A DNA stretch of 36,602 bases, from IMG/VR virus record IMGVR_UViG_3300043443_000129, positions 1-36,602 of that record. One strand, given 5' to 3'. Position numbers and translations under genes: made by a program. This DNA is from a virus. Its lineage: Duplodnaviria > Caudoviricetes. Positions 24,437 through 34,872 of the stretch are shown piece by piece; the stretch's first letter is position 1; every line of letters begins with the position of its first letter. The notes below the pieces were generated by a model. It saw only the letters and a program-made list of their open reading frames with translations. It was not told the origin of the DNA and did no database searches.

Positions 24437-27400
24437 TTATTGTTGTCCTAGTTCATTGTGTAATTTACTTGGGCTAAATACTGCATTAACAGCGTAAAGC
24501 TCAATCTCGTTAGGGTCTAGATTACTAAGTCTAAACTTAGAGAAGTAATCACGCATCTGGTCTCCCTCGATAAGTGGGTTCGCAATGGCAATAACAGTAT
24601 TTCCATTAGCAAGGCTTACGGGAGCGCCAGAGCAGCTAATCGTGTTGCTTCCAGTGATTCCAGTAACCGTAACGCTTAAGGTAACCATAGTGTTGCCAGA
24701 CACCTTGAATAAAGATGCGCCAATCGGGAATGCTACAGCTCCAACAGGGGCAGTAAACGTAATGCTAGAGCCAACCACTCCACCGGTTGCAACATCACCA
24801 AGGACAAATACCTCAGACGTTCCAGACAGCGACGTAATCGTTGACGTACCAGTGTTTGCACTGCTGTCCCTTGGTACATAAGCGTAGTAGTAACGCTCTT
24901 TCTCCTCAAAATCAGCACTAGCAATTTGTGTTGATTGGTCCGTGTTAGAGACAGCAACAGCCCAAGGAGCGTCACCTTCAATGCTCATAGCCTCGTAGCA
25001 CTTAACCATTGAGTTATTTGATGATGAAATAACCTCTACAATAGAACCTGCGGGGGTATTCGCTCCATAGTACGTGGTGCGGGGAACAGCATCAGTGTGT
25101 ACGTACATCGTGCCACCTTTAAACGTGTACAACGTGTCATCTACGCTGGCTATTGCTTCTGGTCGGTATGAGTACAGAGTGTTCCATACTCCGTCGTTTA
25201 CGTCAAACGCAGCAGTAAAGTCGTTTACAAATGAACTCGGAGAGCCGATGCTTCCATCATAGTCACCACAGTCATTGGTGAATGAGAAGTTACCCTGAGC
25301 AAGGTCAAGAGCAATCGTGACGAAGAAGTCATACGTAGAGTTCGTGGCCACTCCGTAGATTACGCCAGTCTGACCAATGAACTCCTCGCCGACGTAAGCA
25401 GGCTGTCCGTCAATCAGCTTATCCAAGAAGACAATGGCGTTAAGGCTGTACTGGAACTCGTCGCATATCGTTTGGAACTCACGAATCTCAGTAGAGAATG
25501 TGAAGATGTCGTCATCGTCAAACTCAATGTCAGATAGAACTCTGTCTCCGGCAGTATTCGTTTGTACATCGTATGTGTATGTAGTAGTACCATCTGTAAC
25601 AGTAACGACAGCACTGCTGATAAGGTCAGTAGACACAATGTATTCCTCTGCCTCGTTGTCAACGCCACCTACGACTTTCTGCCTAGAGGTAAGCGTAGTG
25701 ATGTATCGGAAGTTCTCCTTGAAGAAAGCGTCCATCTTGGCCTCGCTGATAAGCGTAATGCCGTCTCTAGAGATGCGCACAATCTTACCGGCACGAACAT
25801 CAGCAAAGTAGATTCTACCGCGGTCTACGCCAAGAGACTCGGGATTGTTGTTGATGCCATAATCTCCCAAGTAATAGTTAGCCACACCAAAGACAGCATT
25901 AGATACTGTCAACGACTCAAGGCCTTCTGATGTTTGGATGACATTTCTGCCTACGGGCAGCCAACCAGCCTTGCGCTCTTGGATGACATACATACGGTCG
26001 TCATCGCCCACAAGCTGTTTAATAGAGCCATATCTATAATCTAAATCCTTGAAGTTAACCAGCGATGGGTTAAAAGAGGAAAGCCCAAGACGTTGATTTG
26101 TAATAAGATACGGCTCAGAATAAACTATCGAAGATTGATAGAATGTCGTCTTTGAATCTGGAATAACAGCGTGAGGTCTTCCGATAGATATAGAGTTAGA
26201 CGGGAACATATCGCTAACAGAGTAGTCCTCAATGAATGAGAACTCAAGGTTGTTGGCGTATGCCTTCTCTCCAACCTTTAGCAAGCGGGGTCTGTAGTAG
26301 CTATCTCCAGACGAAAACTGAATAACAGCATCTGAGCTGTTGGTCAGGTTCAGCGTATAGGTTGCAATAGAGAAAGAGCCGCTAGTGATATTTGCGTAGA
26401 ACACGTAGCTGTATATTCCATTTACAGCTGGGTATGCGTTGTTTACAACAAGAGTATTACCGCTTCCATCGGTAAGGATGTCACCCTTAAATACTTGAAC
26501 GTTAGCGTAGAAGATTAAGCCATCTCCATCAGCGGCTACCTCTACATCAACTGGACTAACCACAGTACGTTGTCCTACGTGGACTCCATTTACAACTGGG
26601 TAGTTCTCGCCAATCTCGTAGAAAATCTGTTCTGACATCGGGCGGTTCTGACGATAGATTTCTATTACGCAGTCATTGCGCCAGTTGTCCACTCCTGTAA
26701 TGATGCTGTAGGTATCCCACCCAACAAAATCAACAGTTCTAATCGCCAAGAATCTTCCCGTAGTATTGAACGTATCCTCGTCGCTTGTCAGGTCAAGTAC
26801 TGGGTTGGTATCAATGTCGTCTATAAAGTCAAAGTAACCAAGTACCTCCACATCAATAGACGAGCGCTGCAGGTTGCCGTACTGAACAATACGAAGTCTG
26901 TCCCCTTCTTGGAACTTGTACTCAATGTCAGCAGCAAACATCTCTCTGTACGAGTCACTCTTTCCTTCAAGTGAGCGCATAGACAGATAGATAACCTCTT
27001 CGAATGATGCGACGCCAGAGAATGGTTTAGCCTGAAGGTTTGTGGCAGTGTACGCTCTTGTTATAGAGTACTGTAGTTTATTGGTAACGCTGTTAATCTT
27101 AGCATATACAGGAGCCCACTTGACGGCCCACAATGGAGCGTTATGCTTTACACGAAGAACAGTGTCTACCCTTCCGTATAAGTCATTGTCTAGCGAACGA
27201 ACATCGTACCAGTCTACGTACATATCCCGTAGAGGCTGTACTCCTCCGTTTCGGTTGAACAAGTCGTAGTATACAATGCCAAAAGAATGGGTGGCTCCAG
27301 CTTTAAACGTCTGGTATCCATTGACATTGCCTTTAGTCAATATGTTAGCCTGAAAAGAAATGGCGTTGTCTACGTCGTCGGTATTGTCCAAGAAGAACGT

Positions 27401-29326
27401 TTCTCCATTGGTGATAAGCGGAGTGGTAGAAGTCCCAAACTTTGGTACAAATTGGTTGCCAGACTGAGTTACCTTATTGAATTCATTGTAGTCTTCTCCG
27501 TCACCCTGATACGTAATAGATGGAGCGTCAACAAATTCAATCTGGTTAAACAAGACATTAGTTGCTGGAAAAGCCTCGCCAAGTGATTTACCCCTAGTAA
27601 ACAACGACCTGAGCATTGAAGTAGGGGGAAATATGTTTACTGCTGAATTTATAGCGGTAGCCACATTAAAGTTGTATCCAACTTTAGCAACTAAGGCAGC
27701 GCTTTCAACGCTCATATTAAATGTCAGCCTAGACGATGTTTCATCTCCTAGCGAAACACTAATCTGACCTGAGCCATTGAAAAACATCCATTTACTGTCG
27801 TTCGTACTTCCTTGAAGGTCATCTACTTCTACAATGCGGCTAGCGTATTCAAAATCAGTAACATCAGAATCAAGAACTACGTTGTAGGTGTCGATTATAG
27901 AAGTCTTAATGAGGTCAACAATCTGAGCTTTTGTAGAGCCAGATGGTACATTGATGTACTTAGATATAGAAAATGGAGAGGCTTTTACATTCAATCCGCC
28001 TCCACTTGGCTGAACTCTACTAGAAATCAATCCAGCGTAGTCGTGCTCATTTTGCGTGGCTTTATCTTTTTGTACCCACTGAATATACATACCGCCAACC
28101 TCAAACGATATACATCCAAGGTTCAGCGAAAAAGCTAGGTTTAATATGGAGTCTTCGGCAGTAGAGGCTGGAATGTTGCTAATGTCAATGTCAAATCCTT
28201 TCCTTCTTAACTCAACAGTTGCGTGGTATGTTGATGGATAGGACACCTCAATGTCGTAATTGCTTGGCTGCGGAAAGTAGTTTGGAAGAACGTCAACATC
28301 TGTGCGTATGTTCTCACGTCCAGCCGTGTATCCTCCAAAGACAAGTCTGTTCCCTACGATGGTGACAGACTCAGCAGAGAAGGGAACATTGTCGTAAATT
28401 TTCTTTACCTCATCTCCAGACACCGGAGTGTACAGCTTGCTGTTGTCAAACGTAACGGTCTGAAAAGCAGTAGTCGGACTGTTGTTTACAGTTCCAATCT
28501 CGTAGAACGTACCAATGTTTCCATTGCGAGCCAAGACAATAATCTCCTTGACATCAGCTACGCTTGTTGGAACAGATATTGTTAAGGTGTTATCCTTTAG
28601 CTTTTCTTCTTCAGACAAAATTCCATCAAAGAACTGGGCAGGAGAAACAGCCAACTCAGAATACGGAGAAATAGCTGAACGCTCCCCGTCCTGATATACG
28701 TACTGAGCAGCGAACTGAAATGTAGCCTCGTAAAGATTATTCTGCCTTAGCGTTGGATTCGTAGAGAATACAAACGTAGGAGGAGTCATTGGAGGCTGTT
28801 TGGCCACCGCAGTACAGATTAACTTCTCAGAATCTGTCCCCGAGGTGAATGCGGCAGGATATAATCCTAAAAGAGCCCGTGTTGCGTTTATCTTTCTTGG
28901 CTCGTTGATTCCGTCCGTGAAGTACAGAAGAACCTCATCAGAAAGGTTCTTGATAACTGTAGCTCTTACCGTAGCGTAGCGGACAAATCCAAGCGTTGAT
29001 GAGCGATAAACAAGCTGTGCCTCATTGGAAGAAGACGAGAACCGATAGATAGAGTCATCATTGTTCTCGTTCCAAACGAAGAAATATATCTCGCCGTCCT
29101 GCGGATTTGATACTACACCAATTACCTCATTATCGCCATTTGGCAATTCGTCTCCAGCCCTAAATGGAATGTCGTCGTTGCCATAAGCGTTCTTGATTAC
29201 GCCACCATTGCCGTCAGAGTCAGCGGAGATACGAACGTTTAAAGCGTCCGTCATCTCAACTGTCTTTACTAAACGAGCGTCATCATCCTTATTAAGGTAT
29301 CTCGGTATAAGCTTGTCTATTGCCAT
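24437..29326 (-). CDS. tail stabilisation / nozzle (muzzle) protein, P22 gp10-like, crAss-like type
   Basis: N-terminal LNKDDDARLV...DALNVRIS, LYFTDGINEPRKIN, FAAQYVYQDGERSAISPYS, GNRLVFGGY, FKAGATHSFGIVYYD, YGSIKQL and YGINNNPES motifs. Confidence 0.85.
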   Translation of the reverse strand: MAIDKLIPRYLNKDDDARLVKTVEMTDALNVRISADSDGNGGVIKNAYGNDDIPFRAGDELPNGDNEVIGVVSNPQDGEIYFFVWNENNDDSIYRFSSSSNEAQLVYRSSTLGFVRYATVRATVIKNLSDEVLLYFTDGINEPRKINATRALLGLYPAAFTSGTDSEKLICTAVAKQPPMTPPTFVFSTNPTLRQNNLYEATFQFAAQYVYQDGERSAISPYSELAVSPAQFFDGILSEEEKLKDNTLTISVPTSVADVKEIIVLARNGNIGTFYEIGTVNNSPTTAFQTVTFDNSKLYTPVSGDEVKKIYDNVPFSAESVTIVGNRLVFGGYTAGRENIRTDVDVLPNYFPQPSNYDIEVSYPSTYHATVELRRKGFDIDISNIPASTAEDSILNLAFSLNLGCISFEVGGMYIQWVQKDKATQNEHDYAGLISSRVQPSGGGLNVKASPFSISKYINVPSGSTKAQIVDLIKTSIIDTYNVVLDSDVTDFEYASRIVEVDDLQGSTNDSKWMFFNGSGQISVSLGDETSSRLTFNMSVESAALVAKVGYNFNVATAINSAVNIFPPTSMLRSLFTRGKSLGEAFPATNVLFNQIEFVDAPSITYQGDGEDYNEFNKVTQSGNQFVPKFGTSTTPLITNGETFFLDNTDDVDNAISFQANILTKGNVNGYQTFKAGATHSFGIVYYDLFNRNGGVQPLRDMYVDWYDVRSLDNDLYGRVDTVLRVKHNAPLWAVKWAPVYAKINSVTNKLQYSITRAYTATNLQAKPFSGVASFEEVIYLSMRSLEGKSDSYREMFAADIEYKFQEGDRLRIVQYGNLQRSSIDVEVLGYFDFIDDIDTNPVLDLTSDEDTFNTTGRFLAIRTVDFVGWDTYSIITGVDNWRNDCVIEIYRQNRPMSEQIFYEIGENYPVVNGVHVGQRTVVSPVDVEVAADGDGLIFYANVQVFKGDILTDGSGNTLVVNNAYPAVNGIYSYVFYANITSGSFSIATYTLNLTNSSDAVIQFSSGDSYYRPRLLKVGEKAYANNLEFSFIEDYSVSDMFPSNSISIGRPHAVIPDSKTTFYQSSIVYSEPYLITNQRLGLSSFNPSLVNFKDLDYRYGSIKQLVGDDDRMYVIQERKAGWLPVGRNVIQTSEGLESLTVSNAVFGVANYYLGDYGINNNPESLGVDRGRIYFADVRAGKIVRISRDGITLISEAKMDAFFKENFRYITTLTSRQKVVGGVDNEAEEYIVSTDLISSAVVTVTDGTTTYTYDVQTNTAGDRVLSDIEFDDDDIFTFSTEIREFQTICDEFQYSLNAIVFLDKLIDGQPAYVGEEFIGQTGVIYGVATNSTYDFFVTIALDLAQGNFSFTNDCGDYDGSIGSPSSFVNDFTAAFDVNDGVWNTLYSYRPEAIASVDDTLYTFKGGTMYVHTDAVPRTTYYGANTPAGSIVEVISSSNNSMVKCYEAMSIEGDAPWAVAVSNTDQSTQIASADFEEKERYYYAYVPRDSSANTGTSTITSLSGTSEVFVLGDVATGGVVGSSITFTAPVGAVAFPIGASLFKVSGNTMVTLSVTVTGITGSNTISCSGAPVSLANGNTVIAIANPLIEGDQMRDYFSKFRLSNLDPNEIELYAVNAVFSPSKLHNELGQQ

Positions 29327-29328
29327 AA

Positions 29329-30069
29329 TTAAGCCTTAGGTGACTGCTTGAAATTCTTTCTGATGGTCTTGAGCGCCTCCTCTTTAGAGAATGCCTTAAG
29401 TCTGCTGTTGGCCAAGCGTCTTTCGTTGAAGTACTCTTGGCGAGCACGAGCCTTTTCGCCCTGCGGAACGCTGGCCTTACGCTCAATGATATGGTAATAG
29501 ATGTACGCACGCAAAGCCTGCTCTGCGTAAACGTGGATAGTTGGGTCTAAAGACAATGCCTCGTCAGCAATGTACTCCAAGTAAACCTCAGATGTATTGA
29601 TGTCAGAAGACAACTCAAACCTGCAGTTAACAGTGTCTACGCGATACTGACCAGAATAGTTACCGCCCCCGAGTCCATACATTCCTCCGTTTGAAGTGGT
29701 GTATACGTACTCCCGGAAAATGTAGGAGTCATAGTTCTGGTCGAAATCGTCGTTAAGAGTGATAGGGGTTCCGGTGAGGTTAAAGTTTTTGTTCTCCCCG
29801 AATACATAGACAAGTCCATCGCTTCCAATTTTTCCAATTTTAGTATAATCAACGTAATCACACGGGAAGTCTACCGTGTTTGTGGAAGGGTCTACCGCAA
29901 GAGTAGTAGCCTTAATTCTTTTGAGCAAGTCAAAACCCATCTCTCGGATTCCCCGAAGAGCGATGTTCTTGATGAAAACCTCCGACGCATTGTTTGCAAA
30001 GTCGTCTTGGTCAATAGACAGCATAAAGTCATAGACAACCTGCTGTAGAGATACGGTATTCTGTCCCAT
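29329..30069 (-). CDS. tail tubular / ring protein (P22 gp4-like, crAss-like type)
   Basis: VSL..VV.DFM...ALRGIREMGFD, FPCDYVDYTKI, VYLEYIAD and AEQALRAYIYY motifs; immediately upstream of the stabiliser. Confidence 0.75.
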   Translation of the reverse strand: MGQNTVSLQQVVYDFMLSIDQDDFANNASEVFIKNIALRGIREMGFDLLKRIKATTLAVDPSTNTVDFPCDYVDYTKIGKIGSDGLVYVFGENKNFNLTGTPITLNDDFDQNYDSYIFREYVYTTSNGGMYGLGGGNYSGQYRVDTVNCRFELSSDINTSEVYLEYIADEALSLDPTIHVYAEQALRAYIYYHIIERKASVPQGEKARARQEYFNERRLANSRLKAFSKEEALKTIRKNFKQSPKA

Positions 30070-30803
30070 TACATATTAGCTTTTTCTTCGGCAGCAGCGT
30101 ATGCGTATACGTCTTGGTCCCTTAAGTTAACACCAACAAGCTTAGCGATTTCAATAACTAAGTCAGCGAAGTAATGCTCAGGAAGTTCAAAGTCAACGCT
30201 GTTGGCTACGCTGTATACTTCTTTACCAGCAACAACGGTGTAGCCAAAACGTGGCTGAGATGCTGTTCTTGCTCCCGTAACGGTATTTCGACCCTGCGGC
30301 TGCTTGTAGTAGTTCAGGCGAATCTTCTTAATCGTAGTAGGATATACCTCAATGTCTTCACCAACAACAGCAATAGGGAACATCTCCGTAGGCTTAGAAA
30401 GCTCGCTCAACATAATGTAGTCAACCTTTGCTTGGTCGTATACAAATGGGATGTTGATTCTGGTAGACTGGTTGAGCAAAATGCTCCCGCTAGTAGTAGC
30501 AGAGATTATTCTAGCCAAGTCAGCAGGCTTAGCAAAAACGCTGTTTGCCTGACTGATTACAGCCGTTTTAGAGAAGTACGCCAAATCTTCCTCAACTCTC
30601 TTGACCTTTGACTTATCAGCCGACGGGTCTATGTTTTTGATTCTTGCAATCTTACCCTGTTCAAAATCAGTGAACAGCTTATTGAAAATGCTCATCTGAG
30701 CAACCTGCGCAAAGTTGTTGAAGATAGCTGGCGTAATAAAGCCTCTTTGGTCTTTGTTAGCCAAATCCTTGAGTGCTGAATATACGCGACTTACACTTGC
30801 CAT
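30069..30803 (-). CDS. head-tail ring/adaptor protein
   Basis: V..VY.....LANKDQRGFITP..FN.FA..AQ..IF, NYYKQP and DFELPEH motifs typical of this slot in crAss-like virion modules. Confidence 0.7.
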   Translation of the reverse strand: MASVSRVYSALKDLANKDQRGFITPAIFNNFAQVAQMSIFNKLFTDFEQGKIARIKNIDPSADKSKVKRVEEDLAYFSKTAVISQANSVFAKPADLARIISATTSGSILLNQSTRINIPFVYDQAKVDYIMLSELSKPTEMFPIAVVGEDIEVYPTTIKKIRLNYYKQPQGRNTVTGARTASQPRFGYTVVAGKEVYSVANSVDFELPEHYFADLVIEIAKLVGVNLRDQDVYAYAAAEEKANM

Positions 30804-30822
30804 TATAGTTCTTCGTTTACTG

Positions 30823-30860
30823 CAAATATACCAAATAAATAAGGGGGCCGAAGCCCCCTT
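30823..30860 (-). terminator. UUCG-loop terminator followed by -7 promoter box TATATTTG (30823-30830)
   Basis: On the - strand: AAGGGGGC-TTCG-GCCCCCTT-ATTTATTT; same hairpin at 31787-31805. Confidence 0.8.
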
Positions 30861-30881
30861 ACCCCCTTAACCAATCAAACA

Positions 30882-31724
30882 TCACAACTTCTCGAGTTGC
30901 TCTTTCAATTCGTTGTACAAGATAGAGCCTTTTTCGCTAAGACAAAAACGGGACATAACCTCAACCGTATCTTGACCTGCTGGCGTAGAAACGATTAGGC
31001 GACCACTGTCAAACCAGTACATACCATCAGGGCGCTCCTTGAGGATTTGGTAATTGATGGCATTCTTAACGGCAGCACGAGCCTGTACAACTGGATTGTC
31101 AAACAGCTCAATGAACTTCTTAGGATTGGCCTTGGCCTCTAGCAACAGCTCACGCTTAATCTCAGCGTTCTTCTGGTTGGTGTCAATGCCCAAGTAAATA
31201 GCTACAGGAAGCAGTTCATCAACAGATTTGTTGCGAACCAATCCGATTGCGTCGTGCAGTATGAATTCTGAATCCACATCAACCTGAGCGTTGCGCTCCG
31301 TGTTTACTTCTTCAAAAATCCCACCACCGTTGGCTCTGTTGCCGGGGTGCAGGTCAAGGAATCGCTGAAGCGTAGGATTCTCAATCGGAACGTACAGCAT
31401 TCCGTTTTCAAAGATTACGTGCTGGCGTACTGCAAAACTAGACTGTTCATCAGCAAATACAGACGGCTCATTAGGACAGTAACGAATCTGTCGGTTAGTA
31501 TTCGTATTCGGGTCGTAAATAATAGCCTCAGACTTAATGGTGTAGATAATACCACCACCGCTAGGGATGTGGTAAATCTTTGGCTTAAGCTCTTTTACTG
31601 GAGCAGCAACAGCCTTAGGCTTTGATACGGGAGCTGGAACAGGTGTTGCAACTTCTGCAACGATTGACTCTGTATCCAATTCAAAGGATTCAGAGGACAA
31701 TTGGTTTACACGTGGACGTGCCAT
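30882..31724 (-). CDS. conserved protein downstream of MCP (crAss gene-75-like position)
   Basis: RQIRYCPNEPSVFADEQ...HVIFENGML.VP.....LQ.FL..HP.N pattern; synteny after MCP. Confidence 0.65.
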   Translation of the reverse strand: MARPRVNQLSSESFELDTESIVAEVATPVPAPVSKPKAVAAPVKELKPKIYHIPSGGGIIYTIKSEAIIYDPNTNTNRQIRYCPNEPSVFADEQSSFAVRQHVIFENGMLYVPIENPTLQRFLDLHPGNRANGGGIFEEVNTERNAQVDVDSEFILHDAIGLVRNKSVDELLPVAIYLGIDTNQKNAEIKRELLLEAKANPKKFIELFDNPVVQARAAVKNAINYQILKERPDGMYWFDSGRLIVSTPAGQDTVEVMSRFCLSEKGSILYNELKEQLEKL

Positions 31725-31755
31725 AACTAATAGAATTTAATGTTATTAAACATTG

Positions 31756-31805
31756 CAAATTTATGTGTTATGACAATATAATAAAAAAGGGGGCCGAAGC
31801 CCCCT
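31756..31805 (-). terminator. terminator after MCP followed by -7 promoter box TAAATTTG (31756-31763)
   Basis: On the - strand: AGGGGGC-TTCG-GCCCCCT-TTTTT. Confidence 0.85.
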
Positions 31806-31826
31806 CTCCATCATCTAACTCATTGA

Positions 31827-33263
31827 TTATGAGCGAAGAAGAACGTGCTGGTTAGCTGCTCTTGTTACAAGCGCACACTCAGAACGGTAGTTGAACTGCA
31901 ATGCGTCCTCGTTGGTGTTGGTAACGCCAAGGATAGAACCAGTCATCCAGTGCTCCATTTCACGGTTGTAACCGTTGGTAGCCTTGTAGTTCATTTCCAA
32001 AGCAGGTGCCTTATCACCAGTTTTCGGGTCAGCAACGCGAGTCAAAGGAATCATTACGCCTTGGAACACACTGTTAGCCAACAACGTGGGGTCGTTGAGG
32101 AGTTTCCAGCTGTGCTTGTGGAAGGTGTAAGAACCACGGAGGAACGAGGTGAAGCCAAGCTTAACCAAGTCAGCACCGTTGGCGAACTGACCGAACTGAC
32201 CAGGAAGACCAGCAACAGTCGTTCCGCTAACAACACCAGCGTTGATACCAGCAGCAATCATATTGTCGATTGCGAGGTCTTGCAGGCGGTTAACGTACAT
32301 AGCGTACTCAGGCATAGAACCTTGCTTGTCAAGAGCGGTGATGATGGCATCAAGCTCAGTCAAGCTAGCGATGGCAGCCGTCGTGGTAGCACCAGAGTTA
32401 ACTACGATACCGCGGTTCTGGATAGCAGAGAAGTAACCTTCTGAGCCAGCGATAGAACCTACAGCACTCGTGAGGGCGGTAGCAGTGTTGGTAACAGTCT
32501 CGCCCAAGAGCATCATCATCTCACGCTTGTCGAGGAAGCGCTGACGAGTGTCGTTCTCAGACTTGATGAACCAACGGTAGTCACCGTTACCCAAGTTAAC
32601 CCAGCCGATGTTGGTAGCTTGCGAACCCGTAACCTTGTAGACTTCCTTGATAATCATATAAGGGTTGGTGCGCTTAACAACGTTCGTCTCGAGGTAGCCT
32701 TCGTTTTGGTCGGTTCCTTGAGCGAACATATTACCTACAATCGGGAAGTTAGCAACTGAAGCGGCGAGGTTGGCGCTCAAGCCAGTGCCTTTCAGAGAAA
32801 CAGCCGTTGCAGAAGCAGCAACTTCTTGAGAGTACTCGCCAGAAGAAACTTCCGTAATGATGAAGCGGTCTACACCACCAACCAAGATTACGTCGTTAAC
32901 ACGCAGGTACTTTTGACCAGCAGCCTTGGTAGCACCGGTAGCGGTAGCTGAAGCTGAGGCCATTCCAAGAACGATAGAAGTAGCTCCGGTAGAAGCAGAA
33001 GCGGCAGGCGTAGCAACCTGAAGCTGGTGCAGGCGGGTCTCTTCCCAGTATTGGATTTCGTCAGCAACGCCGTTAGCCTTTACAGCTCCGGTGAGTTGAA
33101 GGAATCCAGTGATGCCTTGGTCGCCGTAGGTCTTAACAAGAAGGTCACGGTTGTCAGGCTTGTTTACTTGGTTGATGAAGTCACCAAGAGAAACGTATTT
33201 GGCCGGCTCGAGGCGGCGAAAACTGTTGGGTGAAAAATCCAACGGGGTGTTAGTCGTAGACAT
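31827..33263 (-). CDS. major capsid protein (HK97 fold, crAss-like/flavobacterial podovirus type)
   Basis: YGDQGITGFL.L.GA, YWEETRLH, FAQGT, IIKEVYKVTGS, W..KSE.DTR.RF.D..EM, GSEGYFSAI..RG and LGFTSF.RGSYTFHK motifs; strong codon bias; followed by a strong terminator. Confidence 0.88.
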   Translation of the reverse strand: MSTTNTPLDFSPNSFRRLEPAKYVSLGDFINQVNKPDNRDLLVKTYGDQGITGFLQLTGAVKANGVADEIQYWEETRLHQLQVATPAASASTGATSIVLGMASASATATGATKAAGQKYLRVNDVILVGGVDRFIITEVSSGEYSQEVAASATAVSLKGTGLSANLAASVANFPIVGNMFAQGTDQNEGYLETNVVKRTNPYMIIKEVYKVTGSQATNIGWVNLGNGDYRWFIKSENDTRQRFLDKREMMMLLGETVTNTATALTSAVGSIAGSEGYFSAIQNRGIVVNSGATTTAAIASLTELDAIITALDKQGSMPEYAMYVNRLQDLAIDNMIAAGINAGVVSGTTVAGLPGQFGQFANGADLVKLGFTSFLRGSYTFHKHSWKLLNDPTLLANSVFQGVMIPLTRVADPKTGDKAPALEMNYKATNGYNREMEHWMTGSILGVTNTNEDALQFNYRSECALVTRAANQHVLLRS

Positions 33264-33277
33264 TTTATGTATCTAGA

Positions 33278-34420
33278 TTAGATTTTTAAACGAAGGTTGT
33301 TGTCTCCGTACAGATGGTTGAAAATCTGTTGGGCGACATTATTATCAGTACCAGACGAAGGCGCTACTTTCGGAGACGAAACGTCTACGTTAGCTGCCTT
33401 ATCGACGAGTTTACGCTGTCCGTCACTGAGGCCCTGATTGTAAACAGACTTGACAATTTCATCAATGTTGTCTACCACGGCACGGTGCACGTTCAGCAGC
33501 TCGAAGTTCCAGCTTCCGCTTTCATCTACGTACTGGTCGAAGAACTGGTCAAGATTAGCGTTCTTCTGCTTCAATTGATTTTTATAGTCGTCTCGTAACG
33601 CAAAGTTGAACTCCTGACCCGCGAGGTCAAATGAGATAGCTTCGAGTTCGTCAACTTCCTTAGCCATTGTGGAAATCCACTGCTGGTCAATTGGGCTTTG
33701 AACATCTTGAATCTGTTCCTCTCGCTTCACAGGCATTTTGTAGCTATCGCGGAGCTTCGCAATACCCTGTTTAGCTTTGTCTGCGTCAATCTTGAGCTGA
33801 ATAGAGGACAGCCTAACTTCGTCTTCGGAGTAGATGCTTGGGTCTAGTTTATACTTAGAACCAACCAATAACTCTACTTCCTCAGTAGACAGATTTGGGT
33901 AGTCGACTGCAAGCTGTAGTCTAACAGCACTCAAGTCATCCATTTCGGATGGATTGATTGATTGGTATCTAAACCAATCTTGCGGGTCTCTTCCTGTTTC
34001 TGAAACGAAGTCGGCGATGGCCTTTACACGCTCGTCGATTTCTACAGATTGTCGAGCATTCAACATCTGATTAAGAGCATCAATGCTGTCTATCGACACG
34101 CCAAGCTTTTCGCTGACGTAATTGGCGATAGCCAACTCGAACTCCTCATCAGACATCTCCGGCTCGGGAGATTGTAAAGAACTTTGGTCAATAACCTGAC
34201 CTTGGTTTGATTGAGGCTCTTGTGAGTCTGACACGGGAGCCTGTGGTTCTCCGGTAGGCTCTGGCGTTGAGCTTGGCTGCATTAGGCCTGAGAGGTCAAT
34301 CACATCGGAACCCTGTGGGGGCTCGAACGATGGAGTTTCTACTGGGATGTCTTGACTCACATCTCCGCTAGTAATCTCAAATCCCATTGCTCCAAGAGCG
34401 TCTTCAATTTCTTTTGACAT
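33278..34420 (-). CDS. putative capsid scaffolding protein (crAss gene-77-like position)
   Basis: Acidic disordered N-terminus, FV.ETGR...D, helical core and Y.QGLSDG motif; directly upstream of MCP. Confidence 0.7.
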   Translation of the reverse strand: MSKEIEDALGAMGFEITSGDVSQDIPVETPSFEPPQGSDVIDLSGLMQPSSTPEPTGEPQAPVSDSQEPQSNQGQVIDQSSLQSPEPEMSDEEFELAIANYVSEKLGVSIDSIDALNQMLNARQSVEIDERVKAIADFVSETGRDPQDWFRYQSINPSEMDDLSAVRLQLAVDYPNLSTEEVELLVGSKYKLDPSIYSEDEVRLSSIQLKIDADKAKQGIAKLRDSYKMPVKREEQIQDVQSPIDQQWISTMAKEVDELEAISFDLAGQEFNFALRDDYKNQLKQKNANLDQFFDQYVDESGSWNFELLNVHRAVVDNIDEIVKSVYNQGLSDGQRKLVDKAANVDVSSPKVAPSSGTDNNVAQQIFNHLYGDNNLRLKI

Positions 34421-34445
34421 AATATTAAATTTTGATTATACGTTA

Positions 34446-34477
34446 CAAATTTAAACAAAAAGATGTTACAACATCTC
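34446..34477 (-). promoter_or_regulatory. -7 box TAAATTTG (34446-34453) for the capsid operon, preceded by a palindrome/weak terminator
   Basis: AGATGTT-AC-AACATCT inverted repeat at 34461-34476, followed on the - strand by TTTGTTT and then TAAATTTG. Confidence 0.65.
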
Positions 34478-34494
34478 AACCCATTGGCTGGACG

Positions 34495-34872
34495 TTACTT
34501 ACGGTACTTAGCAACCTTCTTGGCAATCCTTTCAGGCTGTCTAACGAACTGTTTTCCTTTTGCCGTCCCTTCTCTCTTGGCACGAGTAGTAGCTGCGTAT
34601 TCAGCTGACGACAGGGACTTTATAGCTTTTTCTGGCAGGTAGCGTTCACCTGTTTCACTTGATGGCTTACCACTTTTTGTGCGCCAGTTCTGCCGGGTCC
34701 ACTTTGAGAGAGAAGTCGAGCGCTTGGGACCCTCGTAGGTACCTCCTGCTTTCTTGTATAACGAAACAGCTAATTGCATCGCCCGAGCAGAATGCTTCCC
34801 GCCCATCTTGGCTTTCGCCTGAGCTTTTGCTTTCTCCCAAAGCGCTGGGTTCTTCTTTTTTGCAGTAGCCAT
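34495..34872 (-). CDS. DUF5872-like basic protein (125 aa)
   Basis: HSARAMQLA...YKKAGGTY.G, LSKWT.Q.WRTKSGK and GERYLPEKAI..LS..EYAATTRAKR motifs; true start ATG at 34872 in TAATG overlap with the upstream gene. Confidence 0.8.
   Translation of the reverse strand: MATAKKKNPALWEKAKAQAKAKMGGKHSARAMQLAVSLYKKAGGTYEGPKRSTSLSKWTRQNWRTKSGKPSSETGERYLPEKAIKSLSSAEYAATTRAKREGTAKGKQFVRQPERIAKKVAKYRK

Noticed and set aside
8089-33263. Introns, inteins, homing endonucleases or a diversity-generating retroelement
   Set aside because: Primase-helicase and MCP are continuous and of ordinary length; I saw no HNH, LAGLIDADG, intein or reverse-transcriptase motifs and no template/variable repeat pair.
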